From Azolla caroliniana (lineage: Eukaryota > Plantae > Polypodiophyta), in the NCBI GenBank assembly GCA_043228905.1, contig JBHGNT010000009.1:22196001-22260000 (forward strand): a DNA stretch of 64,000 nucleotides, written 5' to 3'. A program made the position numbers and the translations under genes. The notes beneath the pieces are model-generated. The model did not search any database. It was not told the DNA's origin and saw only the letters and a program-made list of their open reading frames with translations. How positions within the stretch are numbered: position 1 is the stretch's first letter; each line of letters opens with the position of its first letter. Shown here piece by piece: positions 1 to 12,850 of this stretch.

Positions 1-1349
1 TATCATTTGTCAATGTTAACATCAAGGGACAATATGTGTCTTGAGGGATCGAACCAAAGCTTTCCTTGGTTCAAGGAAAGCTATCCTTCAACTGATAAAA
101 ACTTGAAATAGAGCTTTTCTCGAACCAGAGTAGCATTCTTGGTTCAATGAGATTAATTATATTTCTATTTATTTAATTAAATTTTTTTTCTATAAAAATT
201 TCTTGATTTTGTCTTTTTTAGTAGAACGTCGACCGGTGGACGAGATGCCGACCTTGATTGGCATAACATGTTCGAATACAGTCATCCAAAAGTTGAAATT
301 CGCTACATATCTTCCTACTCGGAGCTCGGAATCACCTTATCAAAATTCTACACGTTCCTTGAAGTGACCCTTTTGTGTCAGTGTTACGAACCCTTCAGAT
401 TGAAGCTTGGAGTTTGTCTTTTGTTAAATTAAATGGAATTTACTCGTCAAATTGCAAGCACACCGTGCTTAGATTTTTTGAGCCAAAAAATCCATCGCGA
501 CCCTCATTCGATCACAAATTCACTCAAAACAATAGGTCTACGATAAATATAATTTTTGTAGGTATTAAATTACTGTATCACATCAAGTGTTTGAGATATT
601 GAATGAGATGCAAATGAGATGAAATCTCAAGCTTGTTACAAAGCGATTTATGTGGCAAATAGCTAAGTAGAGGCAATATTAGATCACGGAGAAGAGCTTT
701 GGGAAGAAATCCTCGCATTTCGGTGCAATGACCACGTCACCTTTTATCATTTTTGGTCAGGCACACCCTCTTGATTCACAACTCTAAGCTCAATCAGAAT
801 TTCAGCAATCGCTTTTGCCTTGTAGAATAATCAATCCTTAACAATGAGCTCTCTTGTCCCTTTCATGGGGTCTTGGAGCTCTAAGTGCAAATAAAATATA
901 GTATTCCCCTCTTTTAGCATGCACCTTACTTTTTTGCCTGTTGCGTGCACTTATAATTATATTCCTATGGTGCCTAGTGTGAGCAAAATGTCAATCATCT
1001 TGTCCATCCATTCATAGTGCCTTCATTTGACCAACTAAACTCTACATATTCCTTTTGTGGTTTTGTTAGTGGTTTAAATCCCGTCTAGACAACAAAAGGA
1101 ATATGTGGACGAGTTAGTCAAATAAAGGCAATGTCTTTTTATTGTCTTGACGATTATCCTGTCACATCTCTTTCTAGTCATACCTTGATCCTAACCTTCA
1201 ATCCTTCGTAGTCTAGAGTTTCGATGCTTTTCTTCTCATGAGCACAACACGATAAAAGATTTTAATTTTATGAAGTAATTCTCTTCTAAACAATTAATAG
1301 GGGAAACTCTGATATTTTCCTACTATAACTCGTAATGGTCGTTGTTCTA

Positions 1350-1740
1350 ATGCATTTGAAGTCAGATTATAGAGTTATGGCCCATGGGGTACCTAAAATA
1401 CACATCTAGCTATGGTTTAAACATATAAACGATCCCAACCCGAAAGATCCAACCAAATCACCTTGTGAAAGGAGGGTTATGGTTACGGGGCTCTTCCTCG
1501 ACAATGCAACATACGACACACAACTTATGAAGAATCACTTTAGCATTGACCCTGCTCTAATGCAGCATTTGAAGTCATTTTAGAGAGTTACGGTGTACCT
1601 AAAACACACATCTAACTATGGTTTAAACATATAAGCAATCCCAATCTGAAAGATCCAATCAAATCACCCCGAAAAGGTGGGCTATGGTTGCGGGGATCTA
1701 TCCCCAAGGAACTCCCCGACGATGCCACATACCCCCCCAA
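1350..1740. repeat. Diverged direct duplication, ~210-bp period, 2 copies
   Basis: The block gcatttgaagtca...tacctaaaa(t/c)acacatcta(g/a)ctatggtttaaacatataa...gaaagatccaa(c/t)caaatcacc occurs at ~1352-1462 and again at ~1565-1668. Confidence 0.75.
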
Positions 1741-1859
1741 TACAATCCAAGATCTTGTCGTGCGGACGATCATATCATTGTATAAGCTCGATGAAAATGA
1801 ATCGAGAAATGCAATGAGGGACAGAATGATGCGGCCACAAGAATCCGAAGCAAATCTCT

Positions 1860-1970
1860 TAGGCCTAATGGGCCAAAGCCTAATGGGGCAAGGCGTAATG
1901 GGCTAAGCCTAATGGGCCAAAGCCTAATGGGTCAAGGGCCAAGGCCCAATGGGCTAAGCCTGATATGGGC
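1860..1970. repeat. Short tandem repeat (~14-15 bp, gcctaatgggccaaa) rich in TGGGCY site-II-like motifs
   Basis: About 6-7 degenerate copies of (g)cctaatggg(c/g/t)(c/t)aa are read directly, ~700 bp upstream of the kinase ATG. Confidence 0.7.
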
Positions 1971-2259
1971 GGTTATTGTGAGTGAGCTTTTTACCTGTCA
2001 TAGGCTGCAGAATCATTAAATGTTTGTTTGTACATATGACGGTTGTAAGATCATCATCATTTAATTGATTGAAGGAATCCATCTCTGTCTCTCTCTCTCT
2101 CTCTCTGTGTATCTCTTCCTTATTTCCACACACAGAAGACCTATATAGCCAATATGTGAGAAGCTAAATCACACCATTAAGGGTTTCTAACAATTCAGCC
2201 CTCTGTTTTTTTTTTTGCCATGCCTGCTTACATTATCATAGCAATGCTTAATAGTTTAA

Positions 2260-2540
2260 AGGTTAGGGTTAGGGTTAGTGTTAGTGCTATTAGCTGGGTT
2301 TTAAGATTTTAGGGGCAGGGTCATTAGCTGGGTTTAAGATTTGTGTTCTTAGCTGGGTTTAAGATTTGTGTTCTTAGCTAGGTTTAAGATTTGGGTTCTT
2401 TGCTAGGTTTAAGATTTGGGTTCTTCGCTAGGTTAAAGATTTGGGTTCTTAGTTCGGTTTAAGATTAGGGTTCTTATCTAGGTTTAAGATTTAGGGTTAG
2501 GGTTAGGGTTGTTAGTTAGATTTAAGGCTGAGGGTTTACC
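2260..2540 (+). repeat. Telomere-like TTAGGG tracts flanking a 25-bp tandem repeat
   Basis: ggttagggttagggttag at ~2261 and ttagggttagggttaggg at ~2491 bracket about 7 copies of ttagct(g/a)ggtttaagattt(g/t)(g/t)gttc. Confidence 0.8.
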
Positions 2541-2630
2541 AAGCAATTCAGGTTTCATGCCACCCAGCTCCTCTGTTACAGCAGTTAGGGATTTTTCTTC
2601 GAGTTTGACAAGGATAGGTCGTTAAAATTA

Positions 2631-4451
2631 ATGGAGAATCTAACCATGCAATTCATGATTCATGCCATCCCCATGCTTATTATTATAACGCTTAACCTAG
2701 CATTAATGGAAGCTTTTTCCTCTGTGCTTGATCTCTCAGAGTATGCTTCTACAGCTATAAACGTGAGCATCAGTGAATCGCTCAATTCGAGCATACCTAT
2801 ACTCATCAGTAGCGATGGAGCTTACTCTTGGCAATTCTACCCTTATCATTATGGCACTAAGGATCAATACCTGATTGTGGTTCTCAATACCCTCTCCAAT
2901 ACCACCACTGTTGTGTGGATGGCCAACAGAAACCGCCCAGTTTCGCTTAATGCCACACTTCTCTTCGCATTACCTTCGCGACAATTCATCCTCAGAGATC
3001 GAGCCGACAAAGAGCCATCATCGGATTCGATAGTATGGTCTTCTCCTGCAGGAATCTACAGTGTGGAGATGAATGCCACAGGAAACCTCCTCATGCTGGA
3101 TGCCCATAACTCTACCCTCTGGCAAAGCTTCGACTACCCATCAGATGTCATGGTGGCTGGGCAGAGCTTGAAAGCACATCAATCCCTTGTGTCTAGTGTT
3201 TCATCAGAGAATGTATCAGAGAGTATGTATGTGCTCAGGGTGGAGCCTGGAGGGGTGGTTTTCTATGCAGATTTAGATGAACAGCAAAAGAATGTGCCCT
3301 ATGAACTCTTCACATATTCCTTCACATATGCATTAGGTCGGTATAGCGGCACAGATGCATCGGGCTCTAGCGGAGGCAGTTTAACGGAGGCTCTGCATTC
3401 CTCGTGTAATCGGACACTGATTGTGTATGATCCAGATGGTATCGAGCTCTCTCTCCAACAAGAGGGCTATACCATAACACCCGAGTGCGAGGCAGAGACA
3501 GGCGGGTTCACGGTCCATGGGGTCACTTTCACCACACGTTCGGGCGGCATCTCGGGATTCCGATACCTAAAGCTCATGCCCGATGGTGATGTGCAGACAT
3601 TCCTAGTCTCCGATTCGGACGGCCTCGTGACCCCCATGAATGAGCCCACCCAGGGTTTCTTTAGCACATTTTGCAAGCTCCCTTCTTATTGTGGCATCAA
3701 TAGCCTGTGTAGCTCCTACCAAACCTGCTCTTGCCCCGATCTCTTTCGACCGATCGACGCCTCGGATCCGTTGGAAGGCTGCCGCTTGCAATCCGGAGCG
3801 TTGGATTGCTCGAGCTCGGTACAACGCCACCAGTTCCTCGAGATCCCGGGAGCAGATTACTTTGCAAACTCTTACACTGCCCCACTCATGTATAACATAA
3901 CTCCCGAAGAATGCAAGGATTTATGCCTTCCGAATTGCTCCTGCACCGCGGCATTCCATAGCAACGACACGGGTGCTTGCTACCTTTACAATCAAGTCCA
4001 CACAATGCAAGCTGATACTAACCCTTCCATGACTGCCTTCCTTAAAGTGCCCCTTTCATCGTCTGATGGTGAATTCTCCATCTACTTGAAGCGCATTGTC
4101 ATCGGGGTTAGCGTGGCTGCTTGTCTTGTGCTCTTGGGTTTTGGCATTCTCGGATTGTGGATCGGGAAGAAGCTGAAACTCGGAGATCCGGAGCCGGATT
4201 CGGAAGAGGAGGCTTTTCTCGAAAGCTTGCCTGGTCTTCCTCCAAGATACTCCTACAAAGAGCTTCATTCAGCTACCCAAGGTTTTAGTAAGAAGCTTGG
4301 GAGTGGAGGCTCAGGTTCAGTATATGAAGGTCGAGTAACCTTATACACTTCCGATAATCACAGAAAACAAATTCTAGTGGAAGCTGGAGAAGATGAAGAA
4401 GACATTAACAATGTCATGGGCACTGTTGCAGTGAAGGAGCTTCAGGTCCAT

Positions 4452-4493
<42 letters not shown>

Positions 4494-6074
4494 ATTTTTG
4501 TCCAATCTTTTTCATTTTGTTTTATTCTCCTTGTTGTATTGTACTAAGATTCTCAAGTCAGAACAAATTTTGACATAAAAAACCTTGGATAAAAAATGAC
4601 CCTGAAGAGGGAGAGTGATTAGAAAAGAGAGGCCATGTAAAAAACATTGGATCAAATTAAGTTTTAGCACATTAGAGTCAATGGTAGATGAGGATCGATG
4701 AAGATCATATGCGTTGATCAACAACTGTTTCAGATTTTAAAGCCCCCTCAATCATCATTTTGAGGCCCCTCAACACAACGTCTCAAGTGCCAATGCTGTA
4801 GTAACATGCATCAAATATCAAACCTTGATCAATTTGAAGGTTCGTGATGAATGAATCCATAGTCGAGAACATTGGTCCAGGAAGGGAATATATTGTGCAT
4901 ATTCATTTCCATGATCATAACAATTTCATTTGTTTTACTGGATTGTAGTTGGACCCCTATTTACAATAGTCTTCAAATTTTATTGATTTTTGGGTCTACT
5001 TGAAATGAATGAATGGTACAGGTGACAACATTGGGGAGAATCAGCATATCAGCAACAGGAAAGAAGCAATTCAGAGCAGAGGTAGCAACATTGGGTAGCC
5101 TAAGCCATGTCAATCTAGTTCAGCTAAGGGGCTTTTGTGCTGAAGGAGTGCATAGGCTTCTTGTATATGAGTACCTAGAAAAAGGATCATTAGACAAGTG
5201 GATATTTTGTGATACTCACAAGGTTAAGGATCCCATCAAAGTAGATGGAGCATATAATGCTACTGAGATGAGCTATGGTATCCGAGAGATCGATAAATGG
5301 GATGTCCGATACCGGATAGCTGTGGACACAGCTCGTGGCCTTGCGTTCCTACACGAAGGATGTCGACACAAAGTGTTGCATTTGGATGTGAAGCCACAAA
5401 ACATATTGTTGAATGGGATGTTTAGAGCCAAATTGTCGGACTTTGGTGTGAGCAAGCTTATAGAGAGGGAAACTCGAGGCGACCATACGCAAACACAAAC
5501 CGCAATGAGGGGTACTCCGGGTTACATGGCACCCGAGTGGTTCCTAAATCTACCAGTGACAGACAAGAGTGATGTATTCAGCTATGGCATGGTGTTATTG
5601 GAGCTTGTTGGGGGTAGAAAGAATGCACATTTGCATGTTGATGATGTACATGATGGCATAGTAGATATGCATAAGAGTGAACATCCTGATGAAGGCATAG
5701 GGTGGTATTTTCCTGCCTGGGCTGCTAAACAAGCTGGGCTGGGTAAAACACTAGACATAGTGGACAAAAGGTTACTTACCAATGTTAACCAAAATGCTGA
5801 AGAAGATGCAATATCGAGCCTTATCCGGCTCATCCATGTTGCTTTCTGGTGTATCCAAGAGGACCCGATTTATCGTCCTTCAATGAGCACTGTACTCTTG
5901 ATGCTTGAAGAGCATGTGCAAGTTCCGGATCCTCCTCTTCACCTCCATTATATTCCCCGACAAGTCGTACGTCCTTCACCGCTGGTTTTTCCTTCTACTT
6001 CGATTGCCAGTTTGACAATGTCATCGATTGAATCAATCCATGCCACTAGCAAAAATTTCTTACATTCTCGTTAG
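2631..6074 (+). CDS. G-type (bulb) lectin S-domain receptor-like Ser/Thr kinase, SD2-type; exons 2631-4445 and 5022-6074 (~955 aa)
   Basis: Ectodomain: signal peptide, B-lectin motifs VVWMANRNRPV and WQSFDYPSD, EGF-like Cys cluster, PAN/apple CKDLCLPNCSCTAAF, then a TM helix. Kinase: RYSYKEL..LGSGGSGSVYEG, VAVK, FRAEV, HLDVKPQNILL, DFG, RGTPGYMAPEW. The phase-0 intron 4446(GT)-5021(AG) joins AVKELQ|VTTLG. Confidence 0.92.
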
Positions 6075-8289
6075 CCTAGACTATAAATAACCTACAAGTC
6101 ATGGGGCAATGTCATCGATTCCTACCAGTAAGTACCATTGTTTGTTGAACCAATATCATCAATTAGTGGATCAATTCATGCTATTGTGGAGAGTATATTA
6201 TGGCCTCATTTGCTTATACAGCAAATAATGTATATATCTTGACAAGAAGTGACGTTTCTTGTCGAAGCAATGTCGTCAACTTGCTGGATCCAAGTCACTA
6301 TGAAGAATGTATTAGGGTCTTGTGATCTTCGCAAACTATATTCTACTTGCTCTACGAGGTTGTGGCTTTGGTCTTTAATCATACCACCAAGAAACTTCAT
6401 GGTTTGATCATCAAAGCCAATAACTTCATGTAAATTAAAATGACATTTCAATCATAATAATGTAAATAGCATATTTTGTGTGTACGACCTGGAAAATGTA
6501 GTTTCATTGTTCCATAAACATACCGATAATCTTAGAAAATAGATGATTTGTCTAACTTACTAGTAGTGACTCATGAAATCTGCATATAGACTATACCATA
6601 GGCAATAAGAGTAAAGGTAGTGCAAAATTGGAACCAATGAATACAAACAATGCAAATGTCATCGTCCATTTTTGTAAATGCAAAAAGGGAAAATAGATAC
6701 ATCACTTGCTTTCTCTAAAAGTGGAAAATGATTCTTTAGCTCTTGACAAAGTCATGTTGAAGCATTTAATTGTGCTTGTAAAGTCAAAACTAGCTTTTGT
6801 TGCGAGATAATGACCTCCTAAGTGTGACTTCATTGAACAAAAGAAGAACAATTAAAGTCACGTTTGAGATTAATTATTACTAGAATGTTTTTTGGATGTC
6901 TTAACAAACTTTGTTTTTGTATCCATTTTTTATAAATTGATGCTAAACCTTCATAGCAATAGGAATTTCGGAGGTTCTTGAGTGCATGATCAAAATCTAT
7001 CCAACCATAATGTTAGTATCTAGGGCGTCCGTTTTCTTTTGGTTAAAACAAATGGAATGCATCTAAAGTTTGCCTAAGTACACTATTAGGTCTACAACCA
7101 TTATCCAATCAATCCATCTTTCAAACATGTGCCAAATAAGGAGCCCATTCATATGGATAACATTCAATGCTGCAAGACAAATATCAAAACATATATGAAA
7201 TGGTAATTGATAACAAATTGCTTACCGTACATAGAAAGGAACCAATTCATATATAAGGACGACATGTTATCAACGAGAATTATAGCTTTATGGTGGCATG
7301 TTGCCAATAACATTTGGTCATTTAATTGTTCATGATCTATTATGGTGCAATAGTTGACCATCATTATTTGCATTGCTCACTCTTGCGGGCCCTATTTCAG
7401 GATTAGTGGTGGATGAACCATTTGAAGATTTGCTATTCAATAGCAAGAACAAATAATTGGAGTGTGTGTGTATGGCAATGGCATCTATAGTAAGTTGATT
7501 AAAGATAGAACATGATTAATGCGAAAGGTTTTCCTATTCATCGCACATTACTTGATATTTACAAACGTGTGCGGTCAACTTCATAACCGTTAAACACTAT
7601 CATGACGAAATTGTGATCTTGGACACATGCATGCAAGTTCTTCCTCGAATTGCCGACTGGCTTTCTTCATGACATATCCAAGCTCAACCGTTGAGACCTT
7701 TGCCTAAACCAAGCGGTTTCTTTCCACGACCTCACCCGCTTCTGCTCATGCACATGGTGCCATGCCGAACCTACACCATTCATTCACATACGATTGAGCT
7801 CATGTACCTAAGCGACTTCTTATCTATGGCAACAAATTTTTCACTTGCCTATATAGATTTTACGTTGCCCAACATTGGCGATGTGCAAAGAAACAACAAT
7901 TCCCCAAGGCATGATTCCTTTCCCGTCTTGTTTTGCCTCACTCTTGCGACCCTGGAAATCTAATTGTGATGTGTCTTGCACCGATGACAATATTTGCATT
8001 TTACTGGAAGCAATCGACCGAATCTCTATAGGGATCGGACAACTAATCTATTGTTCACGAAACGAGAGGGGGGGGGGTGATTGTTCGCCCCGAAGCCTAG
8101 AAGAAAAACCGTAGAATGAACAAGCAAGCCCTAACCTAATACCGAAATGCCGATAAACATGCTTAATTTAGTTAATTGCGCTTAATGTTTCGCTTAATGG
8201 TATTAAGAAGCATCATCCCACAAATTGAAAGTTTAAGTTTGGGCCTTAATGGTAGATTAAGAAGATTGAGATTGAGATTATAGCTAAGA

Positions 8290-8730
8290 AGGAAAGAAGG
8301 TAGGGAGAGAGAGCAAATAACTAGAAGTAGAGAAGGTAAAGAAAGTAGCAGAACAGAGACATATATAGCAGAAGAAGAAGAAGAAGAAGAAGAGTAGAAG
8401 GAGAAGAAGTAGTAGAAGAAATAGTTGTAGAAGAAGAAGAAGAAGAGTAGAAGGAGAAGTAGTAGAAGAAATAGTTGTAGAAGAAGAAGAAGAAGAGTAG
8501 AAGGAGAAGAAGTAGTAGAAGAAATAGTTGTAGAAGAAGAAGACGAAGATTAAATCATTGATTTAAGGAAAGGGGCATAGCCAGAGACATATATAGCAGA
8601 AGAAGAAGAAGAAGAAGAGTAGAAGGAGAAGAAGTAGTAGAAGTAGTAGAAGAAATAGAAGTAGTAGTAGTAGTAGTAGTAGAAGAAGAAGAAGATTAAA
8701 TCATTGATTTAAGGAAAGGGGCATAGCTGT
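8290..8730 (+). repeat. GAA/GTA purine-rich low-complexity tract with internal duplication
   Basis: (GAA)n and (GTA)n runs; the block cagagacatatatagcagaag...gattaaatcattgatttaaggaaaggggcatagc is repeated (~8354-8581 and ~8582-8727). Confidence 0.8.
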
Positions 8731-8959
8731 TCTGAGGTTTGACTCAGGCGAAGCACCTATCCATTGGACAACAAACAAACCCTAGTCACAACCAAGTCAA
8801 TCGGAAAACCATCCCAAATGCAGGAAAACAAACAAGGGAGCCGGAACCGGAGTAGCGATCTTCGGAGAGGATTCGGAGAGCCCGAGCTGATTCGGAGGGA
8901 AGAGTTAAGGAAATTAAATCGCGGTTGGAAATACAAATCTTGGGCTGGAAGGGGTCGAT

Positions 8960-9800
8960 TACTCACGTCACAAAGCATCGATATTGGTATGGGATGAAGT
9001 CTCTACACCGGTGGCAGAATTGAGATCTACGTTGATTTAGGTATGGACATTCATGGGTTGTATGATGATCTTGACATATAGGGCACCGGGCTGACTTCTT
9101 GCAGCCACAATTGGTATGTTGGAGGCCTAACATGGAATCTTCCATGATCATCACTATAGAACATGCTTAAGAGAAAGTGTTGCATAGCTAGGGTTTTGTC
9201 AAAAAGACCCCCAATGAACCTATTTCGCAGGTTTGTCATCAGACAATCTACCTTTCCGTTCATACTGGTTATATAAATTCTTAGTTCAAAGGATATGGTC
9301 ACAACAACCTCTCTGTTGCCACATGCTTTAAGCAAAACAATTGTCCTCTTTGATGAATTCCTCTTTGATATTGGTATAATCATGTAGGGAGTTCTTTAAT
9401 GGGAGTGTCCTGAAACATATGTGGGCATGATTCTCTCGAGTTAATTTGAATGTGGTGACCTTAGTCACACTACTGAGTGATTCATAAGCCCTAAAGCCTT
9501 GGTTGAATCCCTCAATATGGTTGTACCATCACCATAATCAGTAAATGTGGTGACCTTAGTCCCACTACTGATTGACCCATAAGCCCTTAAGACTTGGTTG
9601 AATCCCTCAATATGGTTGTACCATCACCATAATCAGTAAACTTGGGAAGCATCGGATCCCACTATGGGTTTGTTGTCCACTGTCATTAGCAGACGTCTCA
9701 TAGAGGCATTGCAATAGCTTCTTGGATGTGAACTACCATCGATGCGAGGGTTTGCCTCACATTATATAGAGCAGCAACATAACGATTGGGGGCAGATATT
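8960..9800 (-). mobile_element. Decayed retroelement gag-like remnant with zinc knuckle; includes a 95-bp tandem duplication (9451-9640)
   Basis: Minus-strand translation CPICQDHHTTHEC (CCHC-like) and a PKF-like motif; tgtggtgaccttagtc starts at 9451 and again at 9546. Confidence 0.4.
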
Positions 9801-10639
9801 GCATGAATTGGTGCCTTAGTCTAAGGATGGGAGGATGTTAACCATACACTTGGATGTTGGTAAGAAGCAAAAGTAACAAGTGTTGAAGGAAGGAAACAAA
9901 TGAATCACGAGACTTCAGTGATAATGTTTAAATGCCAAGGCCATTGTAAAAGCTATAAAAGATGCTTCGATAAGTCTTTTATGCTTCTTTTTTACATTTA
10001 AAATCTCTTAATCTCTAATTAGTTATAACCTCAATTGCTAGCTTAATCTCACCCTATGACCCAAATAATGAGTCTTAATCTGAAGTGTTTGGGCTAGTTG
10101 TGATAACTCTTGAAGAGTACTCCCATCTCTCAGTTGAGTGCTTGTTGCTTTCCTGTTGTTTATTGTGTTAAGTACTATAACATCTATATTTAAGTGATTA
10201 AGCATGTTGGATTAAGTCTTGAACTCTTTGAGTGTGCGGTTAAGTATTAATTTTAGAGTTGGCTAGCTCATTTATTGGTACATGCTAGTAGGCTTAAGAG
10301 TAGATTGGCACCCATTTGTACTCATCCCTCCCACAATAGAGTGGATATTATCCTGAATCTGTAGATCTTGGTTCTAGGTTAATTAGGTAAGACTAAATAG
10401 GACAACATCAGGTAAGTCCTAAACTTCTCAACTGGAGCTTGCCTCCTTAACCTTACAATGGGAGAGAACTCATCAATTCATTATGTCAAAGCTCTAAGGG
10501 TGTCAAATACTCTAGAGCATATTGACAGAGTGAGCTAGCATCACTTGGAAAACCGCCTTTTCATAGTAATTCTAACAACTTAAGTTCAAAAGAAAGACTT
10601 AACGGACATTCTTAGACTAATTGACTACTTGAGAAATTA

Positions 10640-12850
10640 GTGAAGGATCATGGCCCCTTTTGGAAGATTTCCTAGCCTTTCTCAGTGAGTTCGAAGCGAC
10701 CTTCAAGGAGTCTGGAAATGGCAATCCTCGATTAACAAGGATCTAGGGTGTTGTTGACATATGCATTGGAGTTCTGGCAGCTAGCCTGCAACATAAATTA
10801 TGATGACCAAGCTCACCTCAGCTAGCACGAGACATTAATTATTTGGGATGTTAACCAGTTTAGGCCTAAATTGAGCCGAGCCAAACTGCCAAACCCTTTA
10901 ATAATGATTAAACGGTTTGGTTCAGGGTTGAGCCAAACAATTGTTGACTCCTACTGGAGATTTAGTCATAAACTTTCCGTTTATTCTATATCAAGATAGA
11001 CAAACTCTATTTCTTTTTTACTAATCGTTATGGAGACATTCGTGCAGACTATAAAGTAAAGTGTCTTAGTCATACGATTGATTCTTCTATCCAAACACAT
11101 TCGCCTCCGCAATCTTTGCCGAGGATCTAGCTCCCATGATCAATTATACTCTGCAATCTTTGCCGAAGATCTAGCTCCCATGATCAGTTATACTCCACAA
11201 TCTTTGCCGAGGATTTGCAAATGTGTTTTAAAATAAGAATCACAATCAGCTCCCTTCAAACATTCTTTTCATTGTGACATTGCTCTAGCGTTTGGTTCCT
11301 TGCTCCCTCCCTTCCATGGCAACCTATGGTCAAAGTGTTTTAGTGAAGGGCTTCATTCGCCATTCCAAATCTATTTTCGGGCTCCCGTCTTATTTGTCAA
11401 AAAGAAACTTGTAGTGCTGTGTTGACTGTTGGGGCTGGAATCAACTAACCTTTTGGAATCAGTACCATTTTCCATTTATCCAAGAGCTCCTCGCCTACCT
11501 CCAAACTAGAAAATTGATCTCCATGGGGCCTACAATTTGGTTCAAATCAAGTTTGACGGACAAGTATCCGTGCACGGGGAGATTGACCTATCTGAAGCAT
11601 GTGCAATCCTTTCTCGGTTTGCAAATTTCTACCAACAATCCATTTGTAGTTTCTCCACACTAGTTGAACTCTTAATAACTCTCATTTCGAAGAGTGGACT
11701 ATTTCAATGGGCTGTGGAGGCTCATTATGCATTCGAGATCTTGAAGGAAACTTTTCATTGCGGCCCCTACCCTTGTCTATCCTGATCTAACCAAGCCATT
11801 TTATGTGGAGACTAATGCTTGTGATTTCTCTCTAAGTGCCATCGTCTTCCAACCCGATGATCACAATGTCTTTCTTCCTGTCATAATCGTTTCTAGGAAG
11901 CTTTCACCTCCCAAAATCAATTACCAAATGTATGATAAAGAGCTAGTTTTCATAATTTAAACATTCAAGGAATTGTAGCACTACTTGGCCTCCTTCATCC
12001 ACTTCCGGTTCCAATCCGACCATGTCTTCACTTTCAACAAACTTCATCATCCATATTTTGTTATCAAATGGATAAAACACTGTGTTTGTAATTGTGGATG
12101 TCTTTACAAAGATGACTCAATCTATTCCTTGTTAAAAAAACCATCTATAGTGTGGATGCATTGAATCTAGTACTACAAATGTTTTTTTGCTCCGTGGACT
12201 TCTTGATGATATCATGTTGGATCTTGAACCATATTTCATCTAACATATTGTCTCTTTCGACTCAGAAACATAGTGAAATTGCCCTCTATATTCGATCTGG
12301 AAACCTATAATAAAACCAAAAAGAGTCAACCATATCTCCGAACATTATGTTTAGTGCATGGTGACCTATCAGCATGGCGATTGGGTATAATTCTTCCCAC
12401 TACATTCTTCGATCAATACAATACCCTTCTTCGCTAACTATGGTTTTTCATCCACACTTTAGTGTCAATCTCGTGGATCTATCTCTGGAGCAACAACACA
12501 AGATACTAGCAAGGGCTAGCCATGAACTAGTGCACAAACTTGCCAAGGCCCAAGCATGATATAAAGAGAAAGTTGATCGGCGTGGAGTTGCACCACCCAA
12601 CTATAAGGTCGGTGACAAGGCATGGCTTCGATGTCAGTGCATCGCAAGACATTTGGGATCCTTTAGCATCTCTTAGTAGATTAATCTTGTGGCCTTTCAA
12701 CTCACCGTAAAAATGCATTCCTAAATCCACAATGTCTTTCATATGAGGCTCTTGGGACATTTTATGAATTTCCTAATTCCCAATTGACAATATGAAGAGC
12801 CTCCCACCGTACAACTTGATGAAGAGGAGGGAAGTCAAGGACTTCTTGGG
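10640..12850 (+). mobile_element. Highly degenerate Ty3/gypsy remnant (gag, RT, RNase H, integrase), similar in type to element E
   Basis: Broken frames give FLAFLSEFEATF...YALEFWQLACNINYDDQA (gag), EGFIRHSKS...PVLFVKK (RT), PDLTKPFYVETNACDF...SRKLSPPKINYQMYDKEL (RNase H), IVDVFTKM (integrase) and YKVGDKAWL. It also contains a 44-bp tandem repeat (~11105-11215) and a MITE-like scrap (~10850-10950). Confidence 0.7.

Noticed and set aside
40-60. Minus-strand ggttcgatccc B-box-like motif
   Set aside because: Isolated motif at the window edge without a supporting tRNA or SINE structure.
4446-4547. Hydrophobic C-terminal tail SLSLSL...FILLVVLY of the 638-aa ORF
   Set aside because: Read-through into the intron's (CT)n tract; splicing at 4446 gives a complete kinase.
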